Part shown: one piece after another, positions 7,608 through 15,262 of the stretch
Position numbering within the stretch: position 1 is the stretch's first letter
How the letters are laid out: the number at the start of each line of letters is the position of its first letter
Translations under genes and position numbers: made by a program
DNA from: a virus
Lineage: Duplodnaviria > Caudoviricetes
Virus record (IMG/VR): IMGVR_UViG_3300030376_003179
Span: 1-28,489 of that record
Reading direction: 5' to 3' (one strand)
Length of the DNA: 28,489 nt
Notes under the pieces: model-generated
Seen by the model: the letters and a program-made list of their open reading frames with translations, nothing else
Told to the model about the DNA's origin: nothing
Database searches by the model: none

Positions 7608-7873
7608 TCTTCTAGCCCGCCTTCAATTTTTGTCAGTGGAGCAGGCTGCAAAGCTGAAACTGACACGCCTTCCTGTTGGTCAAGCCATTCTCGCAAAGCC
7701 AGGCCTGTAGGGGTATAGCGCGGCCATTTGACGGCTTTGAGTACATCAGCAGGAGTCAAGCAAATAAAGCTTGCATGCGGCACCCACACCAGATAGGACG
7801 GAGGGCCTTCGCGTGGTTTGCGATAGGTGACCCTTAACGCGTCGGCTCGTCTGAACTCTTTTGCTGCTGTCAT
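7604..7873 (-). CDS. Hypothetical protein (89 aa)
   Basis: ORF in - strand string, coupled to downstream gene. Confidence 0.65.
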   Translation of the reverse strand: MTAAKEFRRADALRVTYRKPREGPPSYLVWVPHASFICLTPADVLKAVKWPRYTPTGLALREWLDQQEGVSVSALQPAPLTKIEGGLED

Positions 7874-7891
7874 CTGATCAGTTTTTGTTTA

Positions 7892-7990
7892 CCGTGTGCG
7901 CTCCCTCTCTATGAGCGGGTCAGTCAGGCTCGCAGGGGTGCCCGGCCTGCTAATTAGCTCATGGCGCGAGAACCATGTGCAGCGCCCCAA
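7892..7990. ncRNA. Candidate structured intergenic RNA (unassigned family)
   Basis: Unusually long (~117 nt) gap with three hairpins: CGCTC/GAGCG (7899-7917), GCAGG/CCTGC (7932-7950), CATGG/CCATG (7960-7977), plus palindrome GCTAATTAGC; no poly-T tract next to the stems. Confidence 0.35.
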
Positions 7991-8722
7991 TCATTCGTCA
8001 TCCACAAGGATCACCCAGCCACTGCCTGGCCCTTCCACCATCCAGCGTTGATTAAAGGTGCTGCGCGGCACCCTGACGTTCTTACCGCCGTAACGGGAGT
8101 GCCCACCCTCTTCGATTTTTGGTGCCCCCATGGGGTCGTGCATTACCCACTGTGCGTCACCCTCTTGCCCAGCTTTTTCAAAACCAACGATTAGCGACCA
8201 ATGGCCACACGTTTGCGAGCCACATTCTGGCGGCTCACCGCGAAGCAAATTTCCGCGATGCAGCCAGCCAGCCATGATTGGACGGCCGCTGGCAATTTCT
8301 GCTTCAACTAAAGCCGCATCCCCATCTGCTCTGAACTCAGCGTTGAGCCCTAGTTCCCTCAGACTTCTGATCTGCGCTTTGATGTCTGTCGTGTCGCCAA
8401 ATCTTTTCCGTACCTCCCCATATTCTTCGGCGGTTTTCACCTTGCCGTACATAATGGCCAGCATTGCTGCGGATGCGTCTAGACATCTTCGGTGACCATT
8501 GCGCTTGAAATTTAACTGATGCACGTAAGGGACGATCGCCCGTTGTGCAATGCCGCTAGCTTTCCACGACTCAAACCAAGCCGCATCCTCAGCCAACAAT
8601 TCTTCAGGCATCGCATCTTCCAGCTCCTTAATTGCAGCGAGTTGATGCGGGCTGTCCGATCTGAAGAACGAGAAAAAGGGGAGCAACGCGAGGCTCATCA
8701 GGTTCCCAAGGCGAGGCGTCAT
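7991..8722 (-). CDS. Peptidase C39-like cysteine protease; endolysin candidate
   Basis: VPY..Q, RRCLDAS (Cys), GHWSLIVG (His), HDPMG (Asp) papain-fold triad; downstream of small membrane-protein genes. Alternative start at 8698. Confidence 0.8.
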   Translation of the reverse strand: MTPRLGNLMSLALLPFFSFFRSDSPHQLAAIKELEDAMPEELLAEDAAWFESWKASGIAQRAIVPYVHQLNFKRNGHRRCLDASAAMLAIMYGKVKTAEEYGEVRKRFGDTTDIKAQIRSLRELGLNAEFRADGDAALVEAEIASGRPIMAGWLHRGNLLRGEPPECGSQTCGHWSLIVGFEKAGQEGDAQWVMHDPMGAPKIEEGGHSRYGGKNVRVPRSTFNQRWMVEGPGSGWVILVDDE

Positions 8723-8865
8723 CGCGTTAATCCTGCCGCGTCACAGCCTCTACCGCCATCAAGAAAACCTGCGTAATAGATCAAACCAGCACTGGTCAGC
8801 ATTACACCAGAAAGCACCGTTAACACCCCAATGAAGATTGCAAAGACGACGCGCTTGCGGATCAC
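8719..8865 (-). CDS. Small membrane protein (48 aa; absent from ORF track), lysis accessory candidate
   Basis: GTG start; MIRKRVVFAIFIGVLTVLSGVMLTSAGLIYYAGFLDGGRGCDAAGLTR; 4-nt overlaps with both neighbours. Confidence 0.6.
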   Translation of the reverse strand: MIRKRVVFAIFIGVLTVLSGVMLTSAGLIYYAGFLDGGRGCDAAGLTR

Positions 8866-9032
8866 TTATCAGTGACCGGTGGCAGCAGGTTTTGCTCTAA
8901 CAGGCGACAAAGCGCATCATCGATTTTGTTGTCCGAACGCTTGCTGTATGCCCAGAGGGTGTCTATGACCAACCGTTTCAAACTCTCAGACCGCAAAAAC
9001 CGAAAAAGGATTGGCTTCAGGATCAAGAACAT
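8862..9032 (-). CDS. Small phage protein (56 aa; absent from ORF track)
   Basis: MFLILKPILFRFLRSESLKRLVIDTLWAYSKRSDNKIDDALCRLLEQNLLPPVTDK; the DN.IDD motif is typical of small proteins beside phage lysis genes. Confidence 0.7.
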   Translation of the reverse strand: MFLILKPILFRFLRSESLKRLVIDTLWAYSKRSDNKIDDALCRLLEQNLLPPVTDK

Positions 9033-9056
9033 TTGAGTTCTCCAACTATTGAAAGT

Positions 9057-9308
9057 CTAGTTTCTGTTCGCGTGGCCCTCAACTTTCGCCATCGCCTGCT
9101 CAAGCGCCCCAAGCCTGGCGAAGATCTCTTGGTCAACGCTTTTCATGTCTGTATGCAGCACGTCTAGCTGACGGCTGAGGTTGTCCACAGCAACGGTCAA
9201 GCGCACCAGCGAATCTCTGCCCTGCTGGCTTTGTGTTCTAAGTCCAGATACCGCAAGCCCGGCTACGGTTACAGCAGAGCCGAGTGCCGCCGCGTAGATT
9301 TCGACCAT
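9057..9308 (-). CDS. Holin-like membrane protein (N-terminal TM + coiled coil)
   Basis: Hydrophobic first ~22 aa then heptad-patterned helix; upstream of endolysin candidate. Confidence 0.6.
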   Translation of the reverse strand: MVEIYAAALGSAVTVAGLAVSGLRTQSQQGRDSLVRLTVAVDNLSRQLDVLHTDMKSVDQEIFARLGALEQAMAKVEGHANRN

Positions 9309-9334
9309 GCCCCGACCTCAGCACTGATTACATC

Positions 9335-9598
9335 ATGGCAGAAACCAAAGAAGTGCAACCGCAAGAGCAAGAGGAGCCGAATCACTCTTGGCTAGGTGAT
9401 GCAGTCCGCGTCACGATCTTGCTGTGGTCCATGGGAATCCTGACAGCTAATTATCTGGGGATCTTTTCGCAGTCTGTTGACCCAACCTTCCCAGCATCCT
9501 TACTAACCGGAACTGCAGCAACTTACACACCTGCTCTTGGCAAGCTAAAAAAGAAAAAGGAAGAGACTAAAGTTGAACAAACGGAGTCACCAAAATGA
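9335..9598 (+). CDS. Small two-TM membrane protein
   Basis: ATG 9335 (MAETKEVQ...); hydrophobic AVRVTILLWSMGILTANYL and DPTFPASLLTG segments; basic KLKKKK tail; ATGA overlap with next gene. Confidence 0.75.
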   Translation: MAETKEVQPQEQEEPNHSWLGDAVRVTILLWSMGILTANYLGIFSQSVDPTFPASLLTGTAATYTPALGKLKKKKEETKVEQTESPK

Positions 9599-10083
9599 AG
9601 CAATTCCTGCCTTTGCTTACGTTGCTGGCTTTTAGCCCAGCAGCTCAAGCAGATTTGCACCACCGCATAACCAGTTCGGTCAGCTTGTCGGTGGGTGGAG
9701 CAACCACCACAGCAAACAGACTGGGCAGCTCCTGGAGCGTTAGCGGCAGTGGTGTGGATACTACGGATGGCACCACAGCAAACACCATCTCAGCAGGCAC
9801 AATCACGTCAGGCGTAATGTCTCCGGGGACTATTAGCGCATTGCAAGACAACCCCGGTTCTGCATTTTCATACAGTGCTGCTTATACCCAGGCCGATTCG
9901 CTGCCCACGTCAGCAGTTTCAGCAGGTGCTGTGCCTAACTTCGGAAGCATTCAAAGCACTGCCGGGGGCACCGCAGGCTCACTAGGCGGGACCCTCTCTA
10001 CAGCCGGGGCGATTGGCCTGACTGCAGGCGGCGAGAATACGTCGGCCATTGGTCAATTTGTTACTGAACTAAGCATTGACTGA
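9595..10083 (+). CDS. Exported Ser/Thr/Gly-rich beta protein (module protein A)
   Basis: Sec signal MKQFLPLLTLLAFSPAAQA|DL; mature part very rich in S/T/G/A with few charges. Confidence 0.8.
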   Translation: MKQFLPLLTLLAFSPAAQADLHHRITSSVSLSVGGATTTANRLGSSWSVSGSGVDTTDGTTANTISAGTITSGVMSPGTISALQDNPGSAFSYSAAYTQADSLPTSAVSAGAVPNFGSIQSTAGGTAGSLGGTLSTAGAIGLTAGGENTSAIGQFVTELSID

Positions 10084-10505
10084 TGCGTGTTCTGCTTCTG
10101 CTGTTGTGTGGCCTGATAGGTGAGGCGTTTGCTTTTGCCAAGCCAGCACAATCTGTTCCGGTCGTACCAAATTTTACCTCCGGCTCTATGCAGTCAAGCA
10201 CAAGAACTACAAGCAAGGTGGTGGAAACCATACGGTCTGAAAACTATCAAACAGGGTGGGAATATGCAGTCTCAGGCACAAATATCCAACATGACGGTGA
10301 CTCTCTTTCTCCAAGCTCAACCACTATCAACACATGGACAGGCTTAGACGCCAGCAAAAAACCAAACTGGACAATAGTTCGGCCAGGCGAGGCGTTTCAA
10401 TTTATGGAAACCATGAAGAATCCGGGTCTGGCAAATGTGACGACAATCCAGCGCACAACGGAGATAGAACAGCTTCAAGAGGTTATCTCGTCATTCTCGC
10501 AGTAG
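10083..10505 (+). CDS. Exported protein (module protein B)
   Basis: Signal-like N-terminus then VPVVPNFTSGSM; Thr/Ser-rich; TGATG coupling. Confidence 0.8.
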   Translation: MRVLLLLLCGLIGEAFAFAKPAQSVPVVPNFTSGSMQSSTRTTSKVVETIRSENYQTGWEYAVSGTNIQHDGDSLSPSSTTINTWTGLDASKKPNWTIVRPGEAFQFMETMKNPGLANVTTIQRTTEIEQLQEVISSFSQ

Positions 10506-11230
10506 CTCTGGCCTCACCAGCTAATGCAGAAACAATCGGGGGTGTTTCCGCTACTGCAGCGCCCTCAGCGACATCATCTGGGTCAGTAACTAACATGGCC
10601 ACGATGATTGCCCCGAGTTCATCATTTACGAATGACTATGGCAACGGAATACGCTGCTCTGGGCCTCAACTTATAGTCACGCCATACATCAACAGATCTA
10701 AAAGTTATCAACTGCCTTTTGAAGGCATGTTCAACGAAAGGGTCTACGACGTAGCGGATACAGATGACGACGGTCGAATTGATAATCCTGGCCACGTTCT
10801 ATACGAAATGCCGCAAAGAACAGGCCAAAAGGATCAACACAGTTGGTCAGGTGGTCTATCAATACAAGCCACGATCCCGCTTGATGGTGGACTCCAGGCA
10901 CGATGCAAAGCAATGGTCGATGCCAACATTAGATTGCATCAACAACTTGTAGAAACTCGGAGATTAGAATATGAACTTGCGAGGCTCAAAGCCTGCTCAG
11001 ATCAAAAACTAAGAGGCGTAGAATTTCACCCCAAAAGTCCTTATTTTGCAATATGCGCTGATGTTGTAATCAAGCCGAAGCCTGGGCAAGTTCTGCCGCA
11101 CAGGCACGCTATTTCCGCGCCAACCGCTGCGCCTGCCTCCTCTCAAACACGCTTACCGGTTTCCCCTTACGACCCAGCAAACCCTGGATCTTCTTTGCAA
11201 TCTTCTTCACAGCCGGCTTCACAGCCTTGA
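10334..11230 (+). CDS. Exported Cys-containing protein with beta-hairpin + coiled coil (module protein C); start uncertain
   Basis: Signal-like YLVILAVALASPANA|ET; four Cys in the mature part; SWSGGLSIQATIPLDGG followed by long amphipathic helix. Confidence 0.75.
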   Translation: MDRLRRQQKTKLDNSSARRGVSIYGNHEESGSGKCDDNPAHNGDRTASRGYLVILAVALASPANAETIGGVSATAAPSATSSGSVTNMATMIAPSSSFTNDYGNGIRCSGPQLIVTPYINRSKSYQLPFEGMFNERVYDVADTDDDGRIDNPGHVLYEMPQRTGQKDQHSWSGGLSIQATIPLDGGLQARCKAMVDANIRLHQQLVETRRLEYELARLKACSDQKLRGVEFHPKSPYFAICADVVIKPKPGQVLPHRHAISAPTAAPASSQTRLPVSPYDPANPGSSLQSSSQPASQP

Positions 11231-11714
11231 GCAGAAGCGGAGTCGCTAGACCAGCTGACACGCCAACCATCGCAGTGATCGCGACGGGCGTCACCTCAGC
11301 AAGGCTGGGTACAGCCGAAGCCACTTGTTCAGGCAGTGGGATGCTTTCATATAGCACTTTGCACTCACCCTCTCGAATCTCATAACCAGCGATGCGTTCG
11401 CCGTCACCTACTAACGTGCCAACCTTCTTAGCCCTCAGCGGCGGGCACCTCGGATCTTGATCAAAAGCCGGCTGAGGAAGTTTCGGCGTAATTGGCGTTG
11501 GCGCTGGTGGAGCTGGAGGCGCAGGCGGCGGGTTAGGCAAGACCGGAGCAGGATCAGACACAAGTTTCTCGGGCCTGAAGTCCATCGGGTCAAAGCCCGG
11601 CATATCGATAATCGGAACGCCAATGTTGTGCGTCACCGGAGGCGCAGCAGGAATTGACAGGACTGGAGCGTTCACCCAAACCCTGTCGACGCCTATTTGA
11701 GGAATCTCAGGCAC
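11109..11714 (-). CDS. Proline-rich protein with C-terminal TM helix and basic tail
   Basis: PNPPPAPPAPPAPTP linker, two Cys, hydrophobic VAITAMVGVSAGLATPLLL, then KAVKPAVKKIAKK. Confidence 0.75.
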   Translation of the reverse strand: MPEIPQIGVDRVWVNAPVLSIPAAPPVTHNIGVPIIDMPGFDPMDFRPEKLVSDPAPVLPNPPPAPPAPPAPTPITPKLPQPAFDQDPRCPPLRAKKVGTLVGDGERIAGYEIREGECKVLYESIPLPEQVASAVPSLAEVTPVAITAMVGVSAGLATPLLLKAVKPAVKKIAKKIQGLLGRKGKPVSVFERRQAQRLARK

Positions 11715-11953
11715 TAAAACGGAATTGCTGGGCCGGTCTCGCTAGGCATCAGCTCTTTTACCTGAGTCGGCATTGCTTCTGTGATTGAGCTGTCCAAACG
11801 GTCAAACAACACCGTTGTGATCTTTAGCTCAATCTCACTAAATGCTTTTTCAACCATTGCTGGTCCTCGTAGCACCGCGCCAACAATCAGCGCAGTGTTG
11901 GCAGCAGCAAGGATGAAACCAGCAGCGCCGAGAACGTTCAGATACTTCTGCAT
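11714..11953 (-). CDS. Small membrane-anchored protein
   Basis: Probable ATG 11953 (MQKYLNVLGAAGFILAAANTALIVGAVL...); stop overlaps next start. Confidence 0.7.
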   Translation of the reverse strand: MQKYLNVLGAAGFILAAANTALIVGAVLRGPAMVEKAFSEIELKITTVLFDRLDSSITEAMPTQVKELMPSETGPAIPF

Positions 11954-12046
11954 GGTTAGGGCTGGTTTGTAAATGATTGCCCTCTGATGGGTGTGAGGAA
12001 ACACCAGAGGGCTGCGGGTGTGTTCAGGTCCGCTTCAAAAGACTAC

Positions 12047-12412
12047 CTAGAACTTAACCTTCCCGCCAAGCTTCAGGCCATAACCTGCATCGATGTTCTC
12101 GTATTTTGCATACGAAACCTCTCCGTAGATATCGATCTTGTCCGCAACAGGAGCAGAAACCCCAGTTTTCGCAGAGAAGCCCATTTCTACGTCTCCAGCT
12201 TGTGGCTGCAGCCAACTAGGCCCACCCTGGATGTAGAACGCTCCGGATTCATACCCGATGCCAACGTCCATTACAGCGCCGCCGTAGGTAGAACCACTCC
12301 AAGCGCCATTCCACTCAGGATTTACGAACCAATTCCCCGCCTTTGCTGCAGAGAGGGGAGCCAAGGCAAGTGCGCCGAAAGCGGCTACACCAAGAGCAAT
12401 TCGCTTGATCAT
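12047..12412 (-). CDS. Small outer-membrane beta-barrel protein (Lom/Ail/OmpX-like)
   Basis: Signal peptide MIKRIALGVAAFGALALAPLSAAKA; alternating amphipathic Gly/aromatic strands; terminal BAM signal YGLKLGGKVKF ending in Phe. Confidence 0.8.
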   Translation of the reverse strand: MIKRIALGVAAFGALALAPLSAAKAGNWFVNPEWNGAWSGSTYGGAVMDVGIGYESGAFYIQGGPSWLQPQAGDVEMGFSAKTGVSAPVADKIDIYGEVSYAKYENIDAGYGLKLGGKVKF

Positions 12413-12490
12413 TTGATTGTTGATTAGCGTTTTTCGTGCCCACCTTACAGGCTTTAGGCAAAAGTGCCGATGGCGCGTTAGCCATTCTGG

Positions 12491-12676
12491 TTAGTGGTTA
12501 CCGACCCAATTGGCGTACTTGATGTGCAAGCCGGTGTATAGGCCGTGCATTGCGTGACCTGGATTGTCCCGGCCATCGTGCATGTAAAGGGCTTCAATCC
12601 ACCGCACACGATTTCGCATCGCCACAACATCTTCTGCCCCAGGTTTGCAGGGGATCATCGGGTCAGGTCGAGTCAT
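12491..12676 (-). CDS. Hypothetical phage protein (61 aa)
   Basis: LY..DGR....H..HGLYTGL motif; TAATG coupling to upstream gene. Confidence 0.7.
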   Translation of the reverse strand: MTRPDPMIPCKPGAEDVVAMRNRVRWIEALYMHDGRDNPGHAMHGLYTGLHIKYANWVGNH

Positions 12677-12831
12677 TACTCAGCAGGGTCAGGCGTGTTG
12701 CCTTCAGCGACCCACGCAAGGTATTCCTGATAGTCGGTGTTGTCGGGTTGGAGCGGGATGCTCATGTTTTTATCAACCCACAGAACGGAACACTCAACGC
12801 CGTCAATTTGTTGTAGTTTGTATTTAGTCAT
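12676..12831 (-). CDS. Small tail-fibre chaperone-like protein (51 aa; absent from ORF track)
   Basis: MTKYKLQQIDGVECSVLWVDKNMSIPLQPDNTDYQEYLAWVAEGNTPDPAE; IP...N.DYQ.YL.W...GN.P motif is typical of genes that follow fibres; TAATG overlaps at both ends. Confidence 0.75.
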   Translation of the reverse strand: MTKYKLQQIDGVECSVLWVDKNMSIPLQPDNTDYQEYLAWVAEGNTPDPAE

Positions 12832-13973
12832 TAGAGTTCAGCGGATAAAGAGATGTTACCGCCATCAGCAATTACAAGCTGTATAGGACGCCCACCGGTC
12901 ATGCCGCTAGTGCTAAATGAAAGGAAGAGCGATCCAATAGTCCCAGAGGCAATTGAGGGACTAGACAAAGTATAAGTAGAGGCTTGTTGGTCGTCAGCAG
13001 AGCAAGAGCTGGCAGTAACTGATGGAACCGTGCGCATGGCAGCAATAAGCGCAAAGTAAAAACGTGCGGATGCACTTCCCGCAGCAATACCCATTCCTGC
13101 ATAAGCCGCGGTGGTATTGTTAGTTGTATAATATTGGAAATATCTTAGACACCTCTGCAGCTCATCACCAAAGCTTCTGTGCTCAAAGGGTGTTGCCTTG
13201 GAGCCGACTTCAAGCTGAACGCCAGTAATTTGCCAGTAATTGTCAGTAGAACTTGCAAGACCAAAATTGGTTGCATTTTTGTCTGCAGTTACTTCAGCCT
13301 CCCAAGCGGTTGGCGTTGTGCCAGACGAAGCGTTAGAACCACTATCTAAAAACCACTGAATCTCCATTCTTGCAGCGTTGTCAGAAGTTAACGTGTCAGA
13401 CGTGTCCCCAGCAAACGTAATGGTCTTGTATTCCCAGGTATTAGCCGCACTAATTGTGTAGGTCGCAGCAATAATTCTTGTGTTTTCAGTATCCCTAAGG
13501 CTAACTTGGCCTGATGTGGTTTTGTTAGATTTTACCCAAAAAGACAATGTAACTTGTTCTGCACCAGACGTGCCTTTTTTAAGATGCTGTAAATCTTGAC
13601 CCTCAAATTTATAGGAAAAGTGAATTTCATCTGCAGCGGCTGGGGATGCGTCTGCTGTAGTGCAGTCAACTTTATAGCTGTACTTAAAACCTGCGGGAGC
13701 ATCTGATGCTTGAGAAATCGCATATGTGCCAATGTTGCTTATGTAAACTCGAAAACGATCAAGAATGAAGTTAGTATTAGCAGTCAGCCCAGTCTCACTT
13801 GTCGATCTTTGCGCCACTGTCATGGCTCCGTTCATTACAAGGTTTCTGTTGGCTAATGCACCAGCAGTCGGCAACTGAACGCCATCAACCTGAACATGCC
13901 CCGTTGAATCGATAGCGATACCGCCATCAGACGTGGCGGTGTTCTCGATCTTGTTGACCTTAAGCGTGCTCAT
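12831..13973 (-). CDS. Tail fibre / receptor-binding protein with carbohydrate-binding-type domain
   Basis: MSTLKVNKI start; NRNLVMNGAM.VAQR, VTLSFWVK, ITGVQLEVGSKATPFEHRS..DELQRCLRYF, MR..P, LSAEL motifs of a common marine phage fibre family. Confidence 0.8.
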   Translation of the reverse strand: MSTLKVNKIENTATSDGGIAIDSTGHVQVDGVQLPTAGALANRNLVMNGAMTVAQRSTSETGLTANTNFILDRFRVYISNIGTYAISQASDAPAGFKYSYKVDCTTADASPAAADEIHFSYKFEGQDLQHLKKGTSGAEQVTLSFWVKSNKTTSGQVSLRDTENTRIIAATYTISAANTWEYKTITFAGDTSDTLTSDNAARMEIQWFLDSGSNASSGTTPTAWEAEVTADKNATNFGLASSTDNYWQITGVQLEVGSKATPFEHRSFGDELQRCLRYFQYYTTNNTTAAYAGMGIAAGSASARFYFALIAAMRTVPSVTASSCSADDQQASTYTLSSPSIASGTIGSLFLSFSTSGMTGGRPIQLVIADGGNISLSAEL

Positions 13974-13974
13974 C

Positions 13975-14304
13975 TCAGGAAGGCTTTACGGGCCAAGTGG
14001 GGTTTGCTGGATCGCTGGTGTTTGCTGGCAGATCGCGCAGCTCCTGTCTGTACGTTTTTAACGCAGCGGGAATGTTGGTGCCAAGCTCCTTATGCTTAAC
14101 AACCTCCCAGTCAGTGTCAGACAGCAGCTGAGTGCGCTTAGCGCGTAGGGCGCTCCAAGCGTTCTCTGTCGCAACTTCAACAGCAGCAGCATCAACAACT
14201 GATTGATCAAGCGTAATTTGCTTGCCGTCAGCGTCAAAAGCTCCAGTGCCGTCGTCGATGGTGACCACATTTGGGTAAGCCCGGTAAATAGCAGAATGGT
14301 TCAT
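13975..14304 (-). CDS. Tail fibre assembly chaperone (Tfa/XkdW-like), copy 2
   Basis: LRAKRTQLL.DTDW...YRQELRDLP....WP.KP. Confidence 0.8.
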   Translation of the reverse strand: MNHSAIYRAYPNVVTIDDGTGAFDADGKQITLDQSVVDAAAVEVATENAWSALRAKRTQLLSDTDWEVVKHKELGTNIPAALKTYRQELRDLPANTSDPANPTWPVKPS

Positions 14305-14951
14305 ACTGCGACCTCCATAACAGTCAAAGTGCTAATTCCGCGACCTCTAATTGCTGAATTATCGTCAGCTCCTGTTCGGTTAATGAAAACATTCCCCCCA
14401 CCACTGTCCATGCCAACCTGCACTGAATAAGTGAGATTAGAACTGCTATCGTGATCATGAAGAAAATTAAAAGAGGCGCCCATAGCTATATGATTGCCTG
14501 AGACACGAAATGCAGTAGTAGTTCTTCTGCGGCTTCCTTCTGCATCTCCTGTTGCTGCTGTAAGAGTCGAGCCACCTAAGCCAAAAGTCAAATAAACGGC
14601 GTAATCGTCAGTTGTTGTGTTAGCCAGACCAATGCTCGCAAGTAGAAGCATTTTTGTTGTCGCACTTGTTGGCGTAATCGTCACAGACAACCCGGTAACA
14701 TCAGTTTGACTTGAGTTTGAGGTGCTAAATCTATCAGTTTTAGTAACTGATTGGACTTGCAAAATACTGCCCGCTGGCATGTTGCTCCCAGCGAGCGCCG
14801 CAAACTCCAACGTCCCAGCAGTGCCGCTGTTTTTAAGGAATTGGTTTGCGCTGCCGTTACCGGTTGGCAATGTAAGCGTGTTGTCGCCTGCTGTTGCAGG
14901 TGCCGTAATCTCAGAAAAGCCTGAGTTGCTGCCGTTCAGTCTTAAGCTCAT
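14301..14951 (-). CDS. Short tail fibre protein, copy 2
   Basis: TLTLP...G.ANQFLK..G..GTL.F shaft, then GSILQVQ...LTVMEVA head domain. Confidence 0.75.
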   Translation of the reverse strand: MSLRLNGSNSGFSEITAPATAGDNTLTLPTGNGSANQFLKNSGTAGTLEFAALAGSNMPAGSILQVQSVTKTDRFSTSNSSQTDVTGLSVTITPTSATTKMLLLASIGLANTTTDDYAVYLTFGLGGSTLTAATGDAEGSRRRTTTAFRVSGNHIAMGASFNFLHDHDSSSNLTYSVQVGMDSGGGNVFINRTGADDNSAIRGRGISTLTVMEVAV

Positions 14952-15262
14952 GGTTTAGTAGGCCAAACAGGACTTGCAGGATCGCTGGTGTTGGCAGGGA
15001 GATCCCGTAACTGCTGACGATAGGTACGCATGTCTGCGCTCAGAGTAGCGTCAGACAATGCCAAATAGTCAGTCTCAGCGAGCAGTTGAGTGCGCTTGGT
15101 TCGCAATTCGCTCCAGGCATATTCTGTTGCAACTTCAGCAGCGGCAACGTCAACAAGTGACTGGTCAAGCTTTACTTCATTCCCATCAACATCAAACGCC
15201 CCCTTGCTGTCGTCAATAAGAAAAACCTGCGGATAGGCTTTGCGAATAGCTTCGTGGTTCAT
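14948..15262 (-). CDS. Tail fibre assembly chaperone (Tfa/XkdW-like), copy 1
   Basis: LRTKRTQLLAETDY...YRQQLRDLP....WPTKP; paralog of 13975..14304. Confidence 0.8.
   Translation of the reverse strand: MNHEAIRKAYPQVFLIDDSKGAFDVDGNEVKLDQSLVDVAAAEVATEYAWSELRTKRTQLLAETDYLALSDATLSADMRTYRQQLRDLPANTSDPASPVWPTKP

Noticed and set aside
9335-11230. Invertase-controlled invertible segment
   Set aside because: No flanking inverted repeats or recombinase seen, and the right end lies within overlapping coding sequences.
11987-12427. 146-aa + strand ORF and other short + ORFs across 14000-28300
   Set aside because: Antisense to well-supported structural or OMP genes and without recognisable protein features.
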